Made by a program: the position numbers and the translations under genes. A DNA stretch of 64,000 nt, taken from an uncultured delta proteobacterium (lineage in GTDB: Bacteria > Myxococcota > Myxococcia > Myxococcales > Myxococcaceae). Positions within the stretch are counted from its first letter, which is position 1; every line of letters starts with the position of its first letter. Below, piece after piece: positions 30,644 to 40,453 of the stretch. The notes beneath the pieces were generated by a model that had not been told where the DNA came from, did no database searches, and saw nothing but the letters and a program-made list of their open reading frames with translations. The stretch covers positions 32,001-96,000 of the forward strand of contig CAVYSY010000046.1 of NCBI GenBank assembly GCA_963771175.1, given 5' to 3'.

Positions 30644-32341
30644 ATGGCCCGCTTCGACGCTTTCATCGAGAAGCTCTACAAGGAATCTGGTGTCGCGATC
30701 ATGCTGGAGACCGGCAGCGGCATCACGCTGCGCACCGCCGCGGGCAACGTGCCCATCGTCAAGGCGGGGCTCAACTCCCAGCAGATCATCGGCGCGCTCT
30801 CGGAGATCATCCCCGCTGACATGCGCGGGGGCTTCCCCGCCGAAGGTGTCACCACCTTCCCGTACTCCGCTCCCTCCGGCTCGGTGAACGTGAAGGTGCA
30901 GAACGTCGGGGGCCACATGAAGGTGGCCCTGGTGCCCTACAAGCCGACACAGGCGGTGAACAGCGTGGCGGCGGTGCCCGCGGTCAGGGAGGCCCTGGAG
31001 CTGCCGCCCGCGTCCGAGGAGGACAAGCTGGAGCTGGCCACGCCGTCCGACATGATGGACCTGGCGGCCCGCGGTACCGGTGGGGCCTATGCCGCCGCTC
31101 CCGCCACCCCGGCGCGCGCTCCCACGGTTCCGCCGACCGCGTCCCGGGCGATTCCCACCGTCCAGCCGGCCGCCGCCAAGGCCCCCACGCCCGCGCCGGC
31201 CGCCGAGTCCAAGTCGAGCATCCAGGTGCTGCCGCCCCAGGAGGACTCCGAGGCGGGTGCCGCCCTGCGTGCGCTGATGGATCGCATGCTCGACAAGAAG
31301 GCCTCGGACCTCCACCTGTCGAGCACCGTGGTGCCCATGCTGCGCATCGACGGCGACATGGTTCCCCAGGAGGACTACCGCGCCCTGTCGCCCGAGCGCC
31401 TCAAGGCGATGCTCTGGAGCATCGCCCCGGAGAAGAACAAGAAGCAGTGGGAGGAGATGCACGACACGGACTTCGCCCACGAGACCGAGCGGGCCCGCTT
31501 CCGCGTCAACGTCTTCGAGGATCGCAAGGGCATCGGCTCGGTGATGCGGCAGATCCCCAGCAAGATCATGACCGCCGAGGAGATGGGGCTGTCCAAGCAG
31601 ATCCTCGACCTGTGCTTCCTCAGCAAGGGGCTGGTGCTCGTCACCGGTCCCACCGGCTCGGGCAAGTCCACGACGCTGGCCGCGATGGTCGATTTCATCA
31701 ATCGCAATCGCGAGGACCACATCATCACGATCGAGGACCCGATCGAGTTCGTCCACCCGAACAAGAAGTGCCTGGTCAACCAGCGCGAGGTGGGCGTCCA
31801 CACCCACGGTTTCAAGAACGCCCTGCGCGCCGCCCTCCGCGAGGATCCGGACATCGTGCTGGTGGGCGAAATGCGAGACCTGGAGACGATCGCCATCGCC
31901 ATCGAGACGGCCGAGACGGGCCACCTCGTCTTCGGAACGCTGCACACCAACACGGCGCCCTCGACGGTGGACCGCATCATCGACCAGTTCCCCGCGGACC
32001 GGCAGGAGCAGATCCGCATGATGCTCTCCGAGTCCCTCAAGGGCGTCATCTCGCAGATGCTGGTGAAGAAGACCGGCGGAGGCCGCGTGCCGGCGCAGGA
32101 GGTGCTCCTGTGCACCGGCTCCGTCTCCAACCTCATCCGCGAGGGCAAGACGTTCCAGATCCCCTCCATCATGCAGACGTCTCGCGGCATCGGCATGCAG
32201 ACGCTCAACGATGCCCTGCTGGAGCTGGTGAAGAAGAAGCTCTGCGAGCCGAACGACGCCTACATCAAGGCCATCGCCAAGACGGAGTTCAAGCAGATGC
32301 TCGAGCGCAACGGCTTCAAGATTGACCTCCCCACCTCCTGA
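30644..32341 (+). CDS. PilT/PilU-family type IV pilus retraction-type ATPase with N-terminal extension
   Basis: ASDLHL, RFRVNVF, GPTGSGKSTT, TIEDPIEF, ALREDPD, GEMRD, GHLVFGTLHT, NLIREGK, GMQTL. Confidence 0.92.
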   Translation: MARFDAFIEKLYKESGVAIMLETGSGITLRTAAGNVPIVKAGLNSQQIIGALSEIIPADMRGGFPAEGVTTFPYSAPSGSVNVKVQNVGGHMKVALVPYKPTQAVNSVAAVPAVREALELPPASEEDKLELATPSDMMDLAARGTGGAYAAAPATPARAPTVPPTASRAIPTVQPAAAKAPTPAPAAESKSSIQVLPPQEDSEAGAALRALMDRMLDKKASDLHLSSTVVPMLRIDGDMVPQEDYRALSPERLKAMLWSIAPEKNKKQWEEMHDTDFAHETERARFRVNVFEDRKGIGSVMRQIPSKIMTAEEMGLSKQILDLCFLSKGLVLVTGPTGSGKSTTLAAMVDFINRNREDHIITIEDPIEFVHPNKKCLVNQREVGVHTHGFKNALRAALREDPDIVLVGEMRDLETIAIAIETAETGHLVFGTLHTNTAPSTVDRIIDQFPADRQEQIRMMLSESLKGVISQMLVKKTGGGRVPAQEVLLCTGSVSNLIREGKTFQIPSIMQTSRGIGMQTLNDALLELVKKKLCEPNDAYIKAIAKTEFKQMLERNGFKIDLPTS

Positions 32342-33830
32342 GTTCCGGAGGTGGAGCGCCGCCGTGCTCGTGGCGGCGCTCACGGTGGGGGCTCTCGCCG
32401 TCCGGCTCGGGCGGCTCCTGGAGAGCCCCGAGCCCCCTGGCACCGACGGCTACTACTACGTGGTCCAGGTGGAGCGCTGGCTCGCCACGGGCCATTTCCA
32501 TGCGCCGGATGCCAGTTGGGTGCTGAGGGTGCTGGCCCTCGGCGCCGCCGGGCTCGGTGGGCCCGTGGTCGGCGTGAAGGTGGCCAGTGCGCTCCTGGCC
32601 GCGCTGTGTGTCCCGGCGGCGTGGTTCGCGGGGCGGGCGCTGGATGAGGAGGGGAGGGGGCACACGCGGGCCCTCGGGCTGGCCACGTGGGCCGCCGTGT
32701 CTCCGACGCTCACGCACCTCGCCGGGGATTTTCCGAAGACCCTCGGGGCCGTGGCTCCGCTCCTCGTCGTGCTCGCCTGGGTCGTCTCTGGCCGGCGAGG
32801 GTGGGGGGCTGTCCTCGGTGGCATCGGGGCGGTCCTGCTCGCCGCCACCGCGCACCGGCTCGGGGCCTCGGTGCTGGGCCTGGGCGCGGTGGGGGCCGTG
32901 CTCGGCCTCGTGCTGCGCGGGCGCGGGGACTCGCCCGAGCGCAAGTGGCCCCTCGTCCTCGTGGGCGTGGCGGGCCTGGCCTCCTTCGCGCTCCTCACCA
33001 CCGTGCTGCCCAACCTGCTCCACCCGAAGGACCTGGAGCGCGTCTCCTCGCAGCTCGACCTGTCCCCCGGCGTGCCGCCTCCCTTCGCGTACTTCGCGCT
33101 CCGCCGGACCCATGTCCTCCAGCAGGTGGAGCTGGGTGCCTCGTGGCTCGGGCTCGTGAGCGGGGCCGTGCTCCTCTGGCGGCGGAGGGCCCTGCGACCG
33201 CTCGTGATGGGGCTCCTGCTGCCGCTCGCGGTGTGCCTGTTTCCCCTGTGGCGCGGGGACGTGCTCGACCTGGGCTACCGCACCTCGCTGCTCGCGCCGC
33301 TGCTCGCCGTGCCCCTGCTGCTGCTCGCCGTGCCCCCGGTGCGTCAGGGCTTGAAGCTCCGTCCCTGGGCCATCGCCCTCCCGGTGCTGGCCCTCGTGCC
33401 CCTGGCGCGCTTGGGCTTCGATCCCCAGGCGACGCCGCCCTATGGCCGCTTCCGGGCCCTCATCGCCCGGCTTCCCCAGCCCCTGCCGGAGCTGCTCATC
33501 GCGCACCAGGGGGTGAACTTCCTCTACGACCACGTCACCGGCCGCGAGGCCATGGCCTGGGCCCCCGAGCCCGGTCTGGACCGCACGCGCATCGGACGGC
33601 TCGTGTGGGGCGTCCGCGATGGCGAGTGGATGGCCCATGCCCCCACCGGGGAGGGGCTCCCCGCGCCCGTCCGGCTCGATCGCGACTACGTCTACGTGCG
33701 CGAGGACGTCTTCGAGTCCTTCCTCGCCCATGCGCGGGAGGAGGGAGACGAGGAACTGCTCGAGCGGCTCGCCGACTGGCACAACCCCTCGGCGGTACGT
33801 CCCGCCTCCCTCCTGCGCAACCGCGACTGA
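32322..33830 (+). CDS. Multi-pass membrane protein, unknown function
   Basis: PPGTDGYYY after TM1, many TM segments; TTG start overlaps the end of the PilT gene (start uncertain). Confidence 0.6.
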   Translation: MTSPPPEFRRWSAAVLVAALTVGALAVRLGRLLESPEPPGTDGYYYVVQVERWLATGHFHAPDASWVLRVLALGAAGLGGPVVGVKVASALLAALCVPAAWFAGRALDEEGRGHTRALGLATWAAVSPTLTHLAGDFPKTLGAVAPLLVVLAWVVSGRRGWGAVLGGIGAVLLAATAHRLGASVLGLGAVGAVLGLVLRGRGDSPERKWPLVLVGVAGLASFALLTTVLPNLLHPKDLERVSSQLDLSPGVPPPFAYFALRRTHVLQQVELGASWLGLVSGAVLLWRRRALRPLVMGLLLPLAVCLFPLWRGDVLDLGYRTSLLAPLLAVPLLLLAVPPVRQGLKLRPWAIALPVLALVPLARLGFDPQATPPYGRFRALIARLPQPLPELLIAHQGVNFLYDHVTGREAMAWAPEPGLDRTRIGRLVWGVRDGEWMAHAPTGEGLPAPVRLDRDYVYVREDVFESFLAHAREEGDEELLERLADWHNPSAVRPASLLRNRD

Positions 33831-33837
33831 GAAATGG

Positions 33838-35136
33838 TCAGTCCAGCGAGGCCTGATCGGCGAAGAAGACCACGCGCCCGCCGCTCGCCGGGTCGGTGGT
33901 GCCGTTGTAGCCCTCGGTGATCGTCCACAGGTTGGTGCCGCTGCCCGTGGCGTGCATGCCCTCGGGCATCCTTGCCCACTGGCCGCTCCCGGACAGGTAC
34001 GCGGTGCGCGAGGCACTCGTGGACACCTTGAAGAGGGCGCCGGAGTAGCGCGTGGAGCTCAGCCAGTACGAGGTGGTCGAGGTCGTGGTCATGATGGGGG
34101 CCACGCCCTGCACGTTCGGCTCGTTGAGGATGTAGGCGCGCTCGGGCGTCACCGAGCCGCTCACCGTCTTGAGGCGGTACGTGGTGGAGTCCACCGGCCA
34201 GCGGTAGAGCCGCCCGCCGAGTCCCGGCGTGGAGCCGTCATAGGGGCACCCCGTGCCGGTGTTGTTGCAGTACTCGCCCGAGAGCACCACGTCCGTGGTG
34301 CCGCGCGTGTCCTTGCCCAGCCAGGAGAACTTGGGGCGGCAGGGGCTGGTGATGGTGGAGGGCACCACGTACGCGCTCACCTGCGGCAGCACGTACTTGT
34401 ACCCGTAGGCGCACCACACCGAGCCGACCTGGCCGATCGCCGTGTCGCACGTGGTGCTGGTGCTCACCTCGCGGATCTGCGTGAGGTCGAACACGCGGAT
34501 GCCATCGGAGGTGTCGGCCATATAGAGGTAGTTGCCGTACCAGGCCAGGCCGCCGCCGTGCTCGGGGATGACGGTGAAGTTGCCGGAGCTGGTGGGCCGC
34601 ACGAGCAGCACGTGGCGGTAGTTCACCGCGCTCAGGGACATGTCCGAGATGTCCGCCACCGAGATGCGCACGCCCTTCTCCGGGGCGGTGGTGGGCTCGT
34701 AATGCCAGGAGGCGATGGCGACGTTGGTGCTGCCGGACGTGCCCGCGGTCAGGGCCTGCGGAATCCAGTCCGGGGTGGACATGTCGCCATCGTTCCAGCG
34801 GAAACCACCCTTGTAGCCCACGGCCGGCGGGTGGTTGAGGGCGGTGAGCACGGGGCCCGCACGGTTCAGGTCCGCCAGGACTCCCGGCAGGCCGATCGCC
34901 GGGCCCACGGGCGTCATGTACGAGGCGTAGGTGCTCCAGGTGTTCTGGTCCTGCAGCCGCAGGCAGCTCGCGTCATGCGTCGTCAGCGGCGCGCCCTCGG
35001 TGAGGGCCTGCTGCCCGGTGCCCGTGGCTCCGTCCTCCAGGTCCGGCTCCGAGGCGGGGCCACACCCCGCGAGCCCCGCTCCGACGAGCCATGTCGCGAT
35101 GAAGAGTCCCCGCGTCTCCTTGTTGAAACCGGCCAA
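33838..35136 (-). CDS. Secreted lipoprotein, possible beta-propeller
   Basis: AGGAGG SD + TTG, lipobox LAGC, WIPQAL, KGVRIS, HGGGLAWYGNYLYMADT, GIRVFDL. Confidence 0.7.
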   Translation of the reverse strand: MAGFNKETRGLFIATWLVGAGLAGCGPASEPDLEDGATGTGQQALTEGAPLTTHDASCLRLQDQNTWSTYASYMTPVGPAIGLPGVLADLNRAGPVLTALNHPPAVGYKGGFRWNDGDMSTPDWIPQALTAGTSGSTNVAIASWHYEPTTAPEKGVRISVADISDMSLSAVNYRHVLLVRPTSSGNFTVIPEHGGGLAWYGNYLYMADTSDGIRVFDLTQIREVSTSTTCDTAIGQVGSVWCAYGYKYVLPQVSAYVVPSTITSPCRPKFSWLGKDTRGTTDVVLSGEYCNNTGTGCPYDGSTPGLGGRLYRWPVDSTTYRLKTVSGSVTPERAYILNEPNVQGVAPIMTTTSTTSYWLSSTRYSGALFKVSTSASRTAYLSGSGQWARMPEGMHATGSGTNLWTITEGYNGTTDPASGGRVVFFADQASLD

Positions 35137-35199
35137 GTCCGCCTCCTGGAAAATAATGGAAAGCGCGACTTAACCGGTTCGCGGAGTGGTGGCAATGAG

Positions 35200-36636
35200 C
35201 TACTCGCGGGCGAAGAGGTCCGTCACCGCGGTGCCGCGCACGACGAATGCATCCGCCTTCACGAGGTCCTCGTAGCTGTTTCCCTCGCCGCCCACGCAGC
35301 CCACCTTGGCGGCCTGTGTGCCCTTGGACCACTCGACCACGAGCTTCTCGAACTCCTGCTTGCCCAGGTCCGCCACCCGCGCCATCTCCAGCTTGCCGCC
35401 GGCGATACGCACCGAGTCCTTCGTCGTCGAGTCCGCATACGGGTCCCAGTTCGTCTCGCTCCGGTGCCTCCGGCCGAACAGCTCCACCGAGGCCCACGGG
35501 CCGCTCGCGTTCTTCACCACCCAGGCGCCGTCGAGCACCTCGGATACCTGCGAGGACTCGTCCCCCTGTTCCACGGTGTTGTCATAGAAGACGAAGGTGT
35601 TGTTGCCGCGCAGCTTGAGCTGCCGGTTCGACTCCCCCATGTCCAGCCCCGTGCAGCGCCCGAGCCAGCGGTGGTTGGCCACCTTCCCCAGCGGCGAGCC
35701 CGCCAGTCCGGCCTCCAACGTGCGCTTCCGCTCGTCGCCGTCCGGCGTGCGCACGCCCATGGGCCCCTGCGCGTCCACCAGTCGCAGCTCGCTCAGCACC
35801 AGGTCCGGGTAGCGCTTGCCGGGGTACACCTGCTCCACCGCCAGCTTCCACACGCGGCCCTTCATCGGCGCCGGCAGCTTCAGCGTCTGCACTCCGCTCG
35901 CGTTCTTCACGTCCAGCGACACGGGCGCGCCGCCGTCCACCGACACCGCCAGCGTCTTCGCCCGCGCGTTCTTCTGGAAGTGGTCGTCCGAGCGCTGGTA
36001 GCCATTCCACAGCTCCAGCGCCACCAGCTCCACGGGGGCCTCCAGCGTGAGCGTGAAGGACTCGCCCGTGCCGGGGCCCTTGGAGCCCTCGGCCCAGCCG
36101 AAGTCCAGCCGGCCGTCGAAGAGGAAGCCCGGGTGGTACGCGTCCGCGGGCGCCAGCACCGACGAGGCCTCGATGCGTCCCGCCACCGTGCGCGGCGCCT
36201 TCACCGCCAGCGCCTTGCCGCCCTGGAGCAGCTTCACCTCGCCCAGGCACGCCTTGCCGCTGGCGGCCGATTGCACGCGGATGAAGAGCGAGCGCAGCTC
36301 CCGCTTCCCGAAGCCCAGCACCTTCTCCTCGGCGCCGAGTTTCTGCTCGGAGCTCTCTCCGGCGCCGTTCAGGTACAGCGCCGCCGTGAGCTCCGGCGCT
36401 CCCTTGCAGGTGCGCAGCGCCACGCCGTCGAGCGACACGGGCTTCTCGAAGCGCAGCAGCACGCCTTCCTCGGCCGGGTCTCCCTCGGGGCTCCAGCCGG
36501 TGGCCGGATCGCCGTCGAGCAACAGCTCGGCGCCGGAGCCCGAGGTGGGCGTCAGCGTCTGCAGGGTGAGGGGATCGGCGGCGAGGGCGGCACCGCCCAG
36601 TCCGAGCGCGGTGAGAAAGGCGAGGCGACGGCTCAT
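35200..36636 (-). CDS. Exported discoidin / NADase-type glycan-binding domain protein
   Basis: Signal peptide; LLDGDPATGW and LFDGRLDFGWAEG, WNGYQ, YPGKRYPDLVLSEL. Confidence 0.7.
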   Translation of the reverse strand: MSRRLAFLTALGLGGAALAADPLTLQTLTPTSGSGAELLLDGDPATGWSPEGDPAEEGVLLRFEKPVSLDGVALRTCKGAPELTAALYLNGAGESSEQKLGAEEKVLGFGKRELRSLFIRVQSAASGKACLGEVKLLQGGKALAVKAPRTVAGRIEASSVLAPADAYHPGFLFDGRLDFGWAEGSKGPGTGESFTLTLEAPVELVALELWNGYQRSDDHFQKNARAKTLAVSVDGGAPVSLDVKNASGVQTLKLPAPMKGRVWKLAVEQVYPGKRYPDLVLSELRLVDAQGPMGVRTPDGDERKRTLEAGLAGSPLGKVANHRWLGRCTGLDMGESNRQLKLRGNNTFVFYDNTVEQGDESSQVSEVLDGAWVVKNASGPWASVELFGRRHRSETNWDPYADSTTKDSVRIAGGKLEMARVADLGKQEFEKLVVEWSKGTQAAKVGCVGGEGNSYEDLVKADAFVVRGTAVTDLFARE

Positions 36637-37487
36637 GCTGCACCTCCAAGGATGGCGGATTCAGGGGACTCGAGCTGGTGCTCGGGGACGACGTAGGCGA
36701 CGCGGGCGTGGTTCTCGCTCAGCGGCTCATCGCGGAACGAGCCTCCGGCATGGGTGCGGCGGACGAGCCGGTTCTCCCGCCAGACGGAGCCGTCGCGGCG
36801 GACGAAGCGGTGCGACACCTCGAGCACCTCGCAGCGGAAGCCGGGGTCCTCGGGCATCCGCACCGCGCCCTGGACGTGGGTGGCGTCCACGCGCACCTCC
36901 AGCATGACGGGCCACGGGTGCGGGTTGCGGAAGCGCAGGTCCTTGAAGGGGAAGAAGACGGTGGCGCCGCAGCCGAACGGGGCGGTGCGCTCGTGATCGG
37001 GGAAGAGGTCCAGGTCGTGCCGGTGGCGCTCCAGCACCTCCAGGCCCGCGTGGACCGCGAGCCAGTAGAGCAGGTTGGCCACCTGGCACAGCCCGCCCCC
37101 GGGTCCGTTCGAGAGCCGGCCGTCATGCAATTCGGGGCCGGGGAGGAAGCCGCGGAGGCGGATGGGCGGGCCCACCACGGCATGCCAGGAGAACGTCTCC
37201 CCGGGGGCGAGGATGCACCCGTGGAGCCGCGAGGCCCCCAGCCGCACGTTGTGCTCCTTGGCGCGCTGGAGGGCCTCTTCGTAGATCGTCGTCTCCCGGC
37301 GCAGCGGGCTGGAGCGCTCGCAGTGCGCGTGGGGGAAGAGGGCGGCATCTCCGCGCTCGGGTGGGGGAGGGGGACGGAGCAGCGCCGAGGCCACCGCGGG
37401 CAGGCGGCGCAGCCCCGCGCGCACGGAGAACGGCACGAGTTGGCGGGCCAGGGCTCTCAGGGACACGGTCGAGGAGGGAGCGGTCAT
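36633..37487 (-). CDS. VanW family protein
   Basis: HNVRL, ILAPGETFSW, GGGLCQVANLLY, LERHRH, GATV...DLRFRN. Confidence 0.85.
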   Translation of the reverse strand: MTAPSSTVSLRALARQLVPFSVRAGLRRLPAVASALLRPPPPPERGDAALFPHAHCERSSPLRRETTIYEEALQRAKEHNVRLGASRLHGCILAPGETFSWHAVVGPPIRLRGFLPGPELHDGRLSNGPGGGLCQVANLLYWLAVHAGLEVLERHRHDLDLFPDHERTAPFGCGATVFFPFKDLRFRNPHPWPVMLEVRVDATHVQGAVRMPEDPGFRCEVLEVSHRFVRRDGSVWRENRLVRRTHAGGSFRDEPLSENHARVAYVVPEHQLESPESAILGGAA

Positions 37488-37497
37488 CGACGGGGAC

Positions 37498-37557
37498 TCA
37501 GGCGTTCTCGGCGTAGATGCGCTTCAGCCAGCGGCGCACTTCGGCGTTCTTCGGCAT
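37498..37557 (-). pseudogene. 19-aa ORF or C-terminal gene remnant
   Basis: MPKNAEVRRWLKRIYAENA* with nearly all G/C third positions; stop 10 nt before the VanW start. Confidence 0.35.
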
Positions 37558-37659
37558 GGGGCTGGGACTCCTTGGAATCGAGGCGTCGAGCCTATCCCAC
37601 CGTAGTTCGTTCCGTGAGCCACGCCCTTGGCCCGCCGCATGCTTATGGCGCGGCTCGCC

Positions 37660-38658
37660 ATGTCTGGACCTCATGATCTCTTCGCCCGCTACACCTTCGG
37701 CCACCCCGAGCGGGCCGCAGCCGAGCTGCGCGCCGTCCTACCCTCGCATGTTGTCTCAGAGGTGGACTGGGAGTCCCTGCGGCGAGAGTCCGGCAGCGTG
37801 GTGGACCCGGAATTGCGCGAGACCGAGAGCGACTTGCTCTTCACGGCTCGACTGCGCTCAGGCCGCCCGCTGCTGCTGTACGTGTTGCTCGAACACCAGT
37901 CCTCGGTGGATCGGTGGATGGCGTTGCGCATGCTGCGCTACGTGGTGCGCCAGGTGGAGCGCTGGCGCCAGGAGCACCCGGAGAGCGGATTGCTCCCTCT
38001 CATCATCCCGCTCGTCATGTACCACGGGCCAGAGGGGGCCTGGACGGCACCTCGTCGGGTGGAGGACCTCTTCGAGCTGCCTGATGAGGGGCGGGAGCGA
38101 TGGCGAGCGCTGGTGCCGCGTTTCGAGTACCTGCTCGATGACCTGACGGCCGAGCGGGAGGAGGCGCTGCGCGCGCGCCCGGGACCGCCGCTGGTCCGGC
38201 TGGCGTGGCTGGTGCTGCGCTATGGGCGTACCGGGGAGTTGGCTCAGCGACTGCCGGACTGGGTGGCGCTCCTCGCGCAAGTGCAGGCCACCCCCGAGGG
38301 GGCCGAGCATCTGGTGGTGGTCATTCGCTATTTGCTGTGGGTAGGGGACAAGGCCGTCCGTGAAACGGCCGGGCGGGTGTTACATTCGGTGCTGGGTGAG
38401 CAACGAGCGGAGGAGTTGATGCGGAGCTATGGCGAGGAACTCATCGAGCAGGGACTCCAACAGGGCTTGGCGAAGGGGCTGACCCGAGGACGTGCCGAGT
38501 ACATCCTGCGGACTCTCGCCGCGAGGGGAGTGCAGGTCGACGAGGCGGCCCGGCAACGCATTTTCGCCTGCACGGATCTGGTCACCCTCGACCGCTGGTT
38601 CGACCGGTCCCTGAACGCCACCACCCTCTCCGAAGTGCTGGACGACTCGGCACAGTAG
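37660..38658 (+). CDS. Rpn family recombination-promoting nuclease / putative transposase (YhgA-like)
   Basis: MSGPHDLFARY, SVVDPELRETESDLLF, YVLLEHQS, MALRMLRY, PLVMYHG, EQGLQQG repeats. Confidence 0.92.
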   Translation: MSGPHDLFARYTFGHPERAAAELRAVLPSHVVSEVDWESLRRESGSVVDPELRETESDLLFTARLRSGRPLLLYVLLEHQSSVDRWMALRMLRYVVRQVERWRQEHPESGLLPLIIPLVMYHGPEGAWTAPRRVEDLFELPDEGRERWRALVPRFEYLLDDLTAEREEALRARPGPPLVRLAWLVLRYGRTGELAQRLPDWVALLAQVQATPEGAEHLVVVIRYLLWVGDKAVRETAGRVLHSVLGEQRAEELMRSYGEELIEQGLQQGLAKGLTRGRAEYILRTLAARGVQVDEAARQRIFACTDLVTLDRWFDRSLNATTLSEVLDDSAQ

Positions 38659-38739
38659 GGCCGCGAAGTGTCGGTTTCAGCGCCAGCCTTCCGAACGAGA
38701 GCGCTGACACTTCCCCCCGGTGGGTAGCCCGTTCAAGTG

Positions 38740-40275
38740 TCAGGTCTTCGCGTTGGCGGACTGGGGCTCGGCGAGCACCGGGGCCGGGGCGGGCACCGGC
38801 ATCGCGCGGGCCCCGAGCTGGCCGCCCACCAGCGACACCAGGGCGCCCAGCGAGCACACGGGCCGGGCGCCCGGCTCGATGATGCGCATGGCCAGGAAGG
38901 CCGCGGCCATTCGCGCCACCGCGGACAGCGCGAAGAGCACGTGCAGGTTCACCCACAGGTGGCCCCCGAGGGTGAACTCGGTGGGCACCAGGCTCGCGAG
39001 CCCCCCGCCCAGCGCCGAGGCCGCCGCGTAGGCGAGGCCTCCCGCGGTGGAGAACGCCGCCAGGTAGAAGGGGCGACCCTTGCGCGGCGCCACCGACAGC
39101 GGCAGCGCGAAGCTTGCCAGTCCGTGGCCGCCCCAGAGCACGCCGGCCAGCACCACGTCCAGCATCAGCGGCCAGAGGAACGTCGCCGTCGGGAACAGCC
39201 AGATGGCGGGAACCAAGCCGATGCCCAGCGAGCACGCCAGCAGCACCGGCTGCGCGCCCAGCCGGTCGATGATGCGCCCCCACAACGGCGCGGCGAGGAT
39301 GCGCATCCCAGCCACCGCCGCCAGGTACAGGGCCATCGTCAGGAAGCCCATCTTCAGGTTCTTCAGCATGTGGAAGGCGAAGAAGGGCGCCGACAGGCCC
39401 ACCGCCGCGTTCCAGGCCACCTGGTACACCAGCACCCGGCGCGCCCGCTCGTCATGCAGCGGCATCAGCGCCACGTGGAAGTCCAGCTTCGGCTTCTCCT
39501 TGTGCGGTGCCGGGTCATGCTGGCGCGCCATCAGCACCGTGGTCACCACGCCCGCCACGCACGCGAGCGCGGCCAGCAGCGGCAGGCCCAGGCCCACGCC
39601 CTCGGGCGGCCGCAGCTTGTCCATCAGCACGCCCGCCACCAGCGAGGCCGCCGTGCCGCCCAGCGTGCACAGCGCGGTGCGCCGGCCGAAGAAGCGCCCC
39701 CGGAAGGACTCGGGGACGAGCTCGCCCATCCACGCCACCCAGGCGTTGTTGCCGATGACGCCCAGCACCGCGGACACCCCCGCCACCGCCACCAGCAGCC
39801 GCTGCTGCCCCTCCAGCGTCAGCGGCAGCCAGGGCAGCACGCACAGCGGCAGCATCACCTGCCTCGACAGGCACACCGCCACCATCGCCACCCGCCGGTA
39901 TCCAAAGGTGGACGTCAGCCACGCCGCCGGGAATTGGATGAACTGGGCGAAGAAGGGCAGGGCGGTCATCACCCCCACCAGGAAGGGCCCCAGCTTCAGC
40001 GCCAGCGCCCAGCCGGTGAGCACCGTGGCCCCCGCGCACGCGGTGAACACCTCCGCCACAATCCCCTCGGACACCGAGGCCCGCAGCGAGCGGCGCAGGG
40101 CTTGACGCGCCGTGCCTCCCTTCGACACGCCGGGGGCGGCGGTGCTCGCGGGGGGGGCCCCCATCAACGGGGCGGCGGAGCCCGGCAGCGAGTTTCCGGG
40201 CCTGAACAGGGGAACAGCGGAGGCGAGGGCGGCGAAGCTGCGGAGGAGGTTGCGGCGCACGGTTTCCAGGGACAC
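38740..40275 (-). CDS. MFS transporter
   Basis: About 12 TM segments, AWMGELVP..FRGRFFGRR, WGRIIDRLG. Confidence 0.85.
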   Translation of the reverse strand: MSLETVRRNLLRSFAALASAVPLFRPGNSLPGSAAPLMGAPPASTAAPGVSKGGTARQALRRSLRASVSEGIVAEVFTACAGATVLTGWALALKLGPFLVGVMTALPFFAQFIQFPAAWLTSTFGYRRVAMVAVCLSRQVMLPLCVLPWLPLTLEGQQRLLVAVAGVSAVLGVIGNNAWVAWMGELVPESFRGRFFGRRTALCTLGGTAASLVAGVLMDKLRPPEGVGLGLPLLAALACVAGVVTTVLMARQHDPAPHKEKPKLDFHVALMPLHDERARRVLVYQVAWNAAVGLSAPFFAFHMLKNLKMGFLTMALYLAAVAGMRILAAPLWGRIIDRLGAQPVLLACSLGIGLVPAIWLFPTATFLWPLMLDVVLAGVLWGGHGLASFALPLSVAPRKGRPFYLAAFSTAGGLAYAAASALGGGLASLVPTEFTLGGHLWVNLHVLFALSAVARMAAAFLAMRIIEPGARPVCSLGALVSLVGGQLGARAMPVPAPAPVLAEPQSANAKT

Positions 40276-40453
40276 GGAATCCCGAGGTGTGATGGTGCCC
40301 GAGTCGTCTCACGACGCACCGCGCCCACTCAAACCGACCCCTCGGGCCTGCCTGCCCCCCTTCCGGCCCCCAAAAGGCCGCCCGCCCCCGCAGCAAACAG
40401 GTGCAGTTCACACGGTCTTGAACTATATGAACGGGCGCAGAGGAGAGGGGTAC

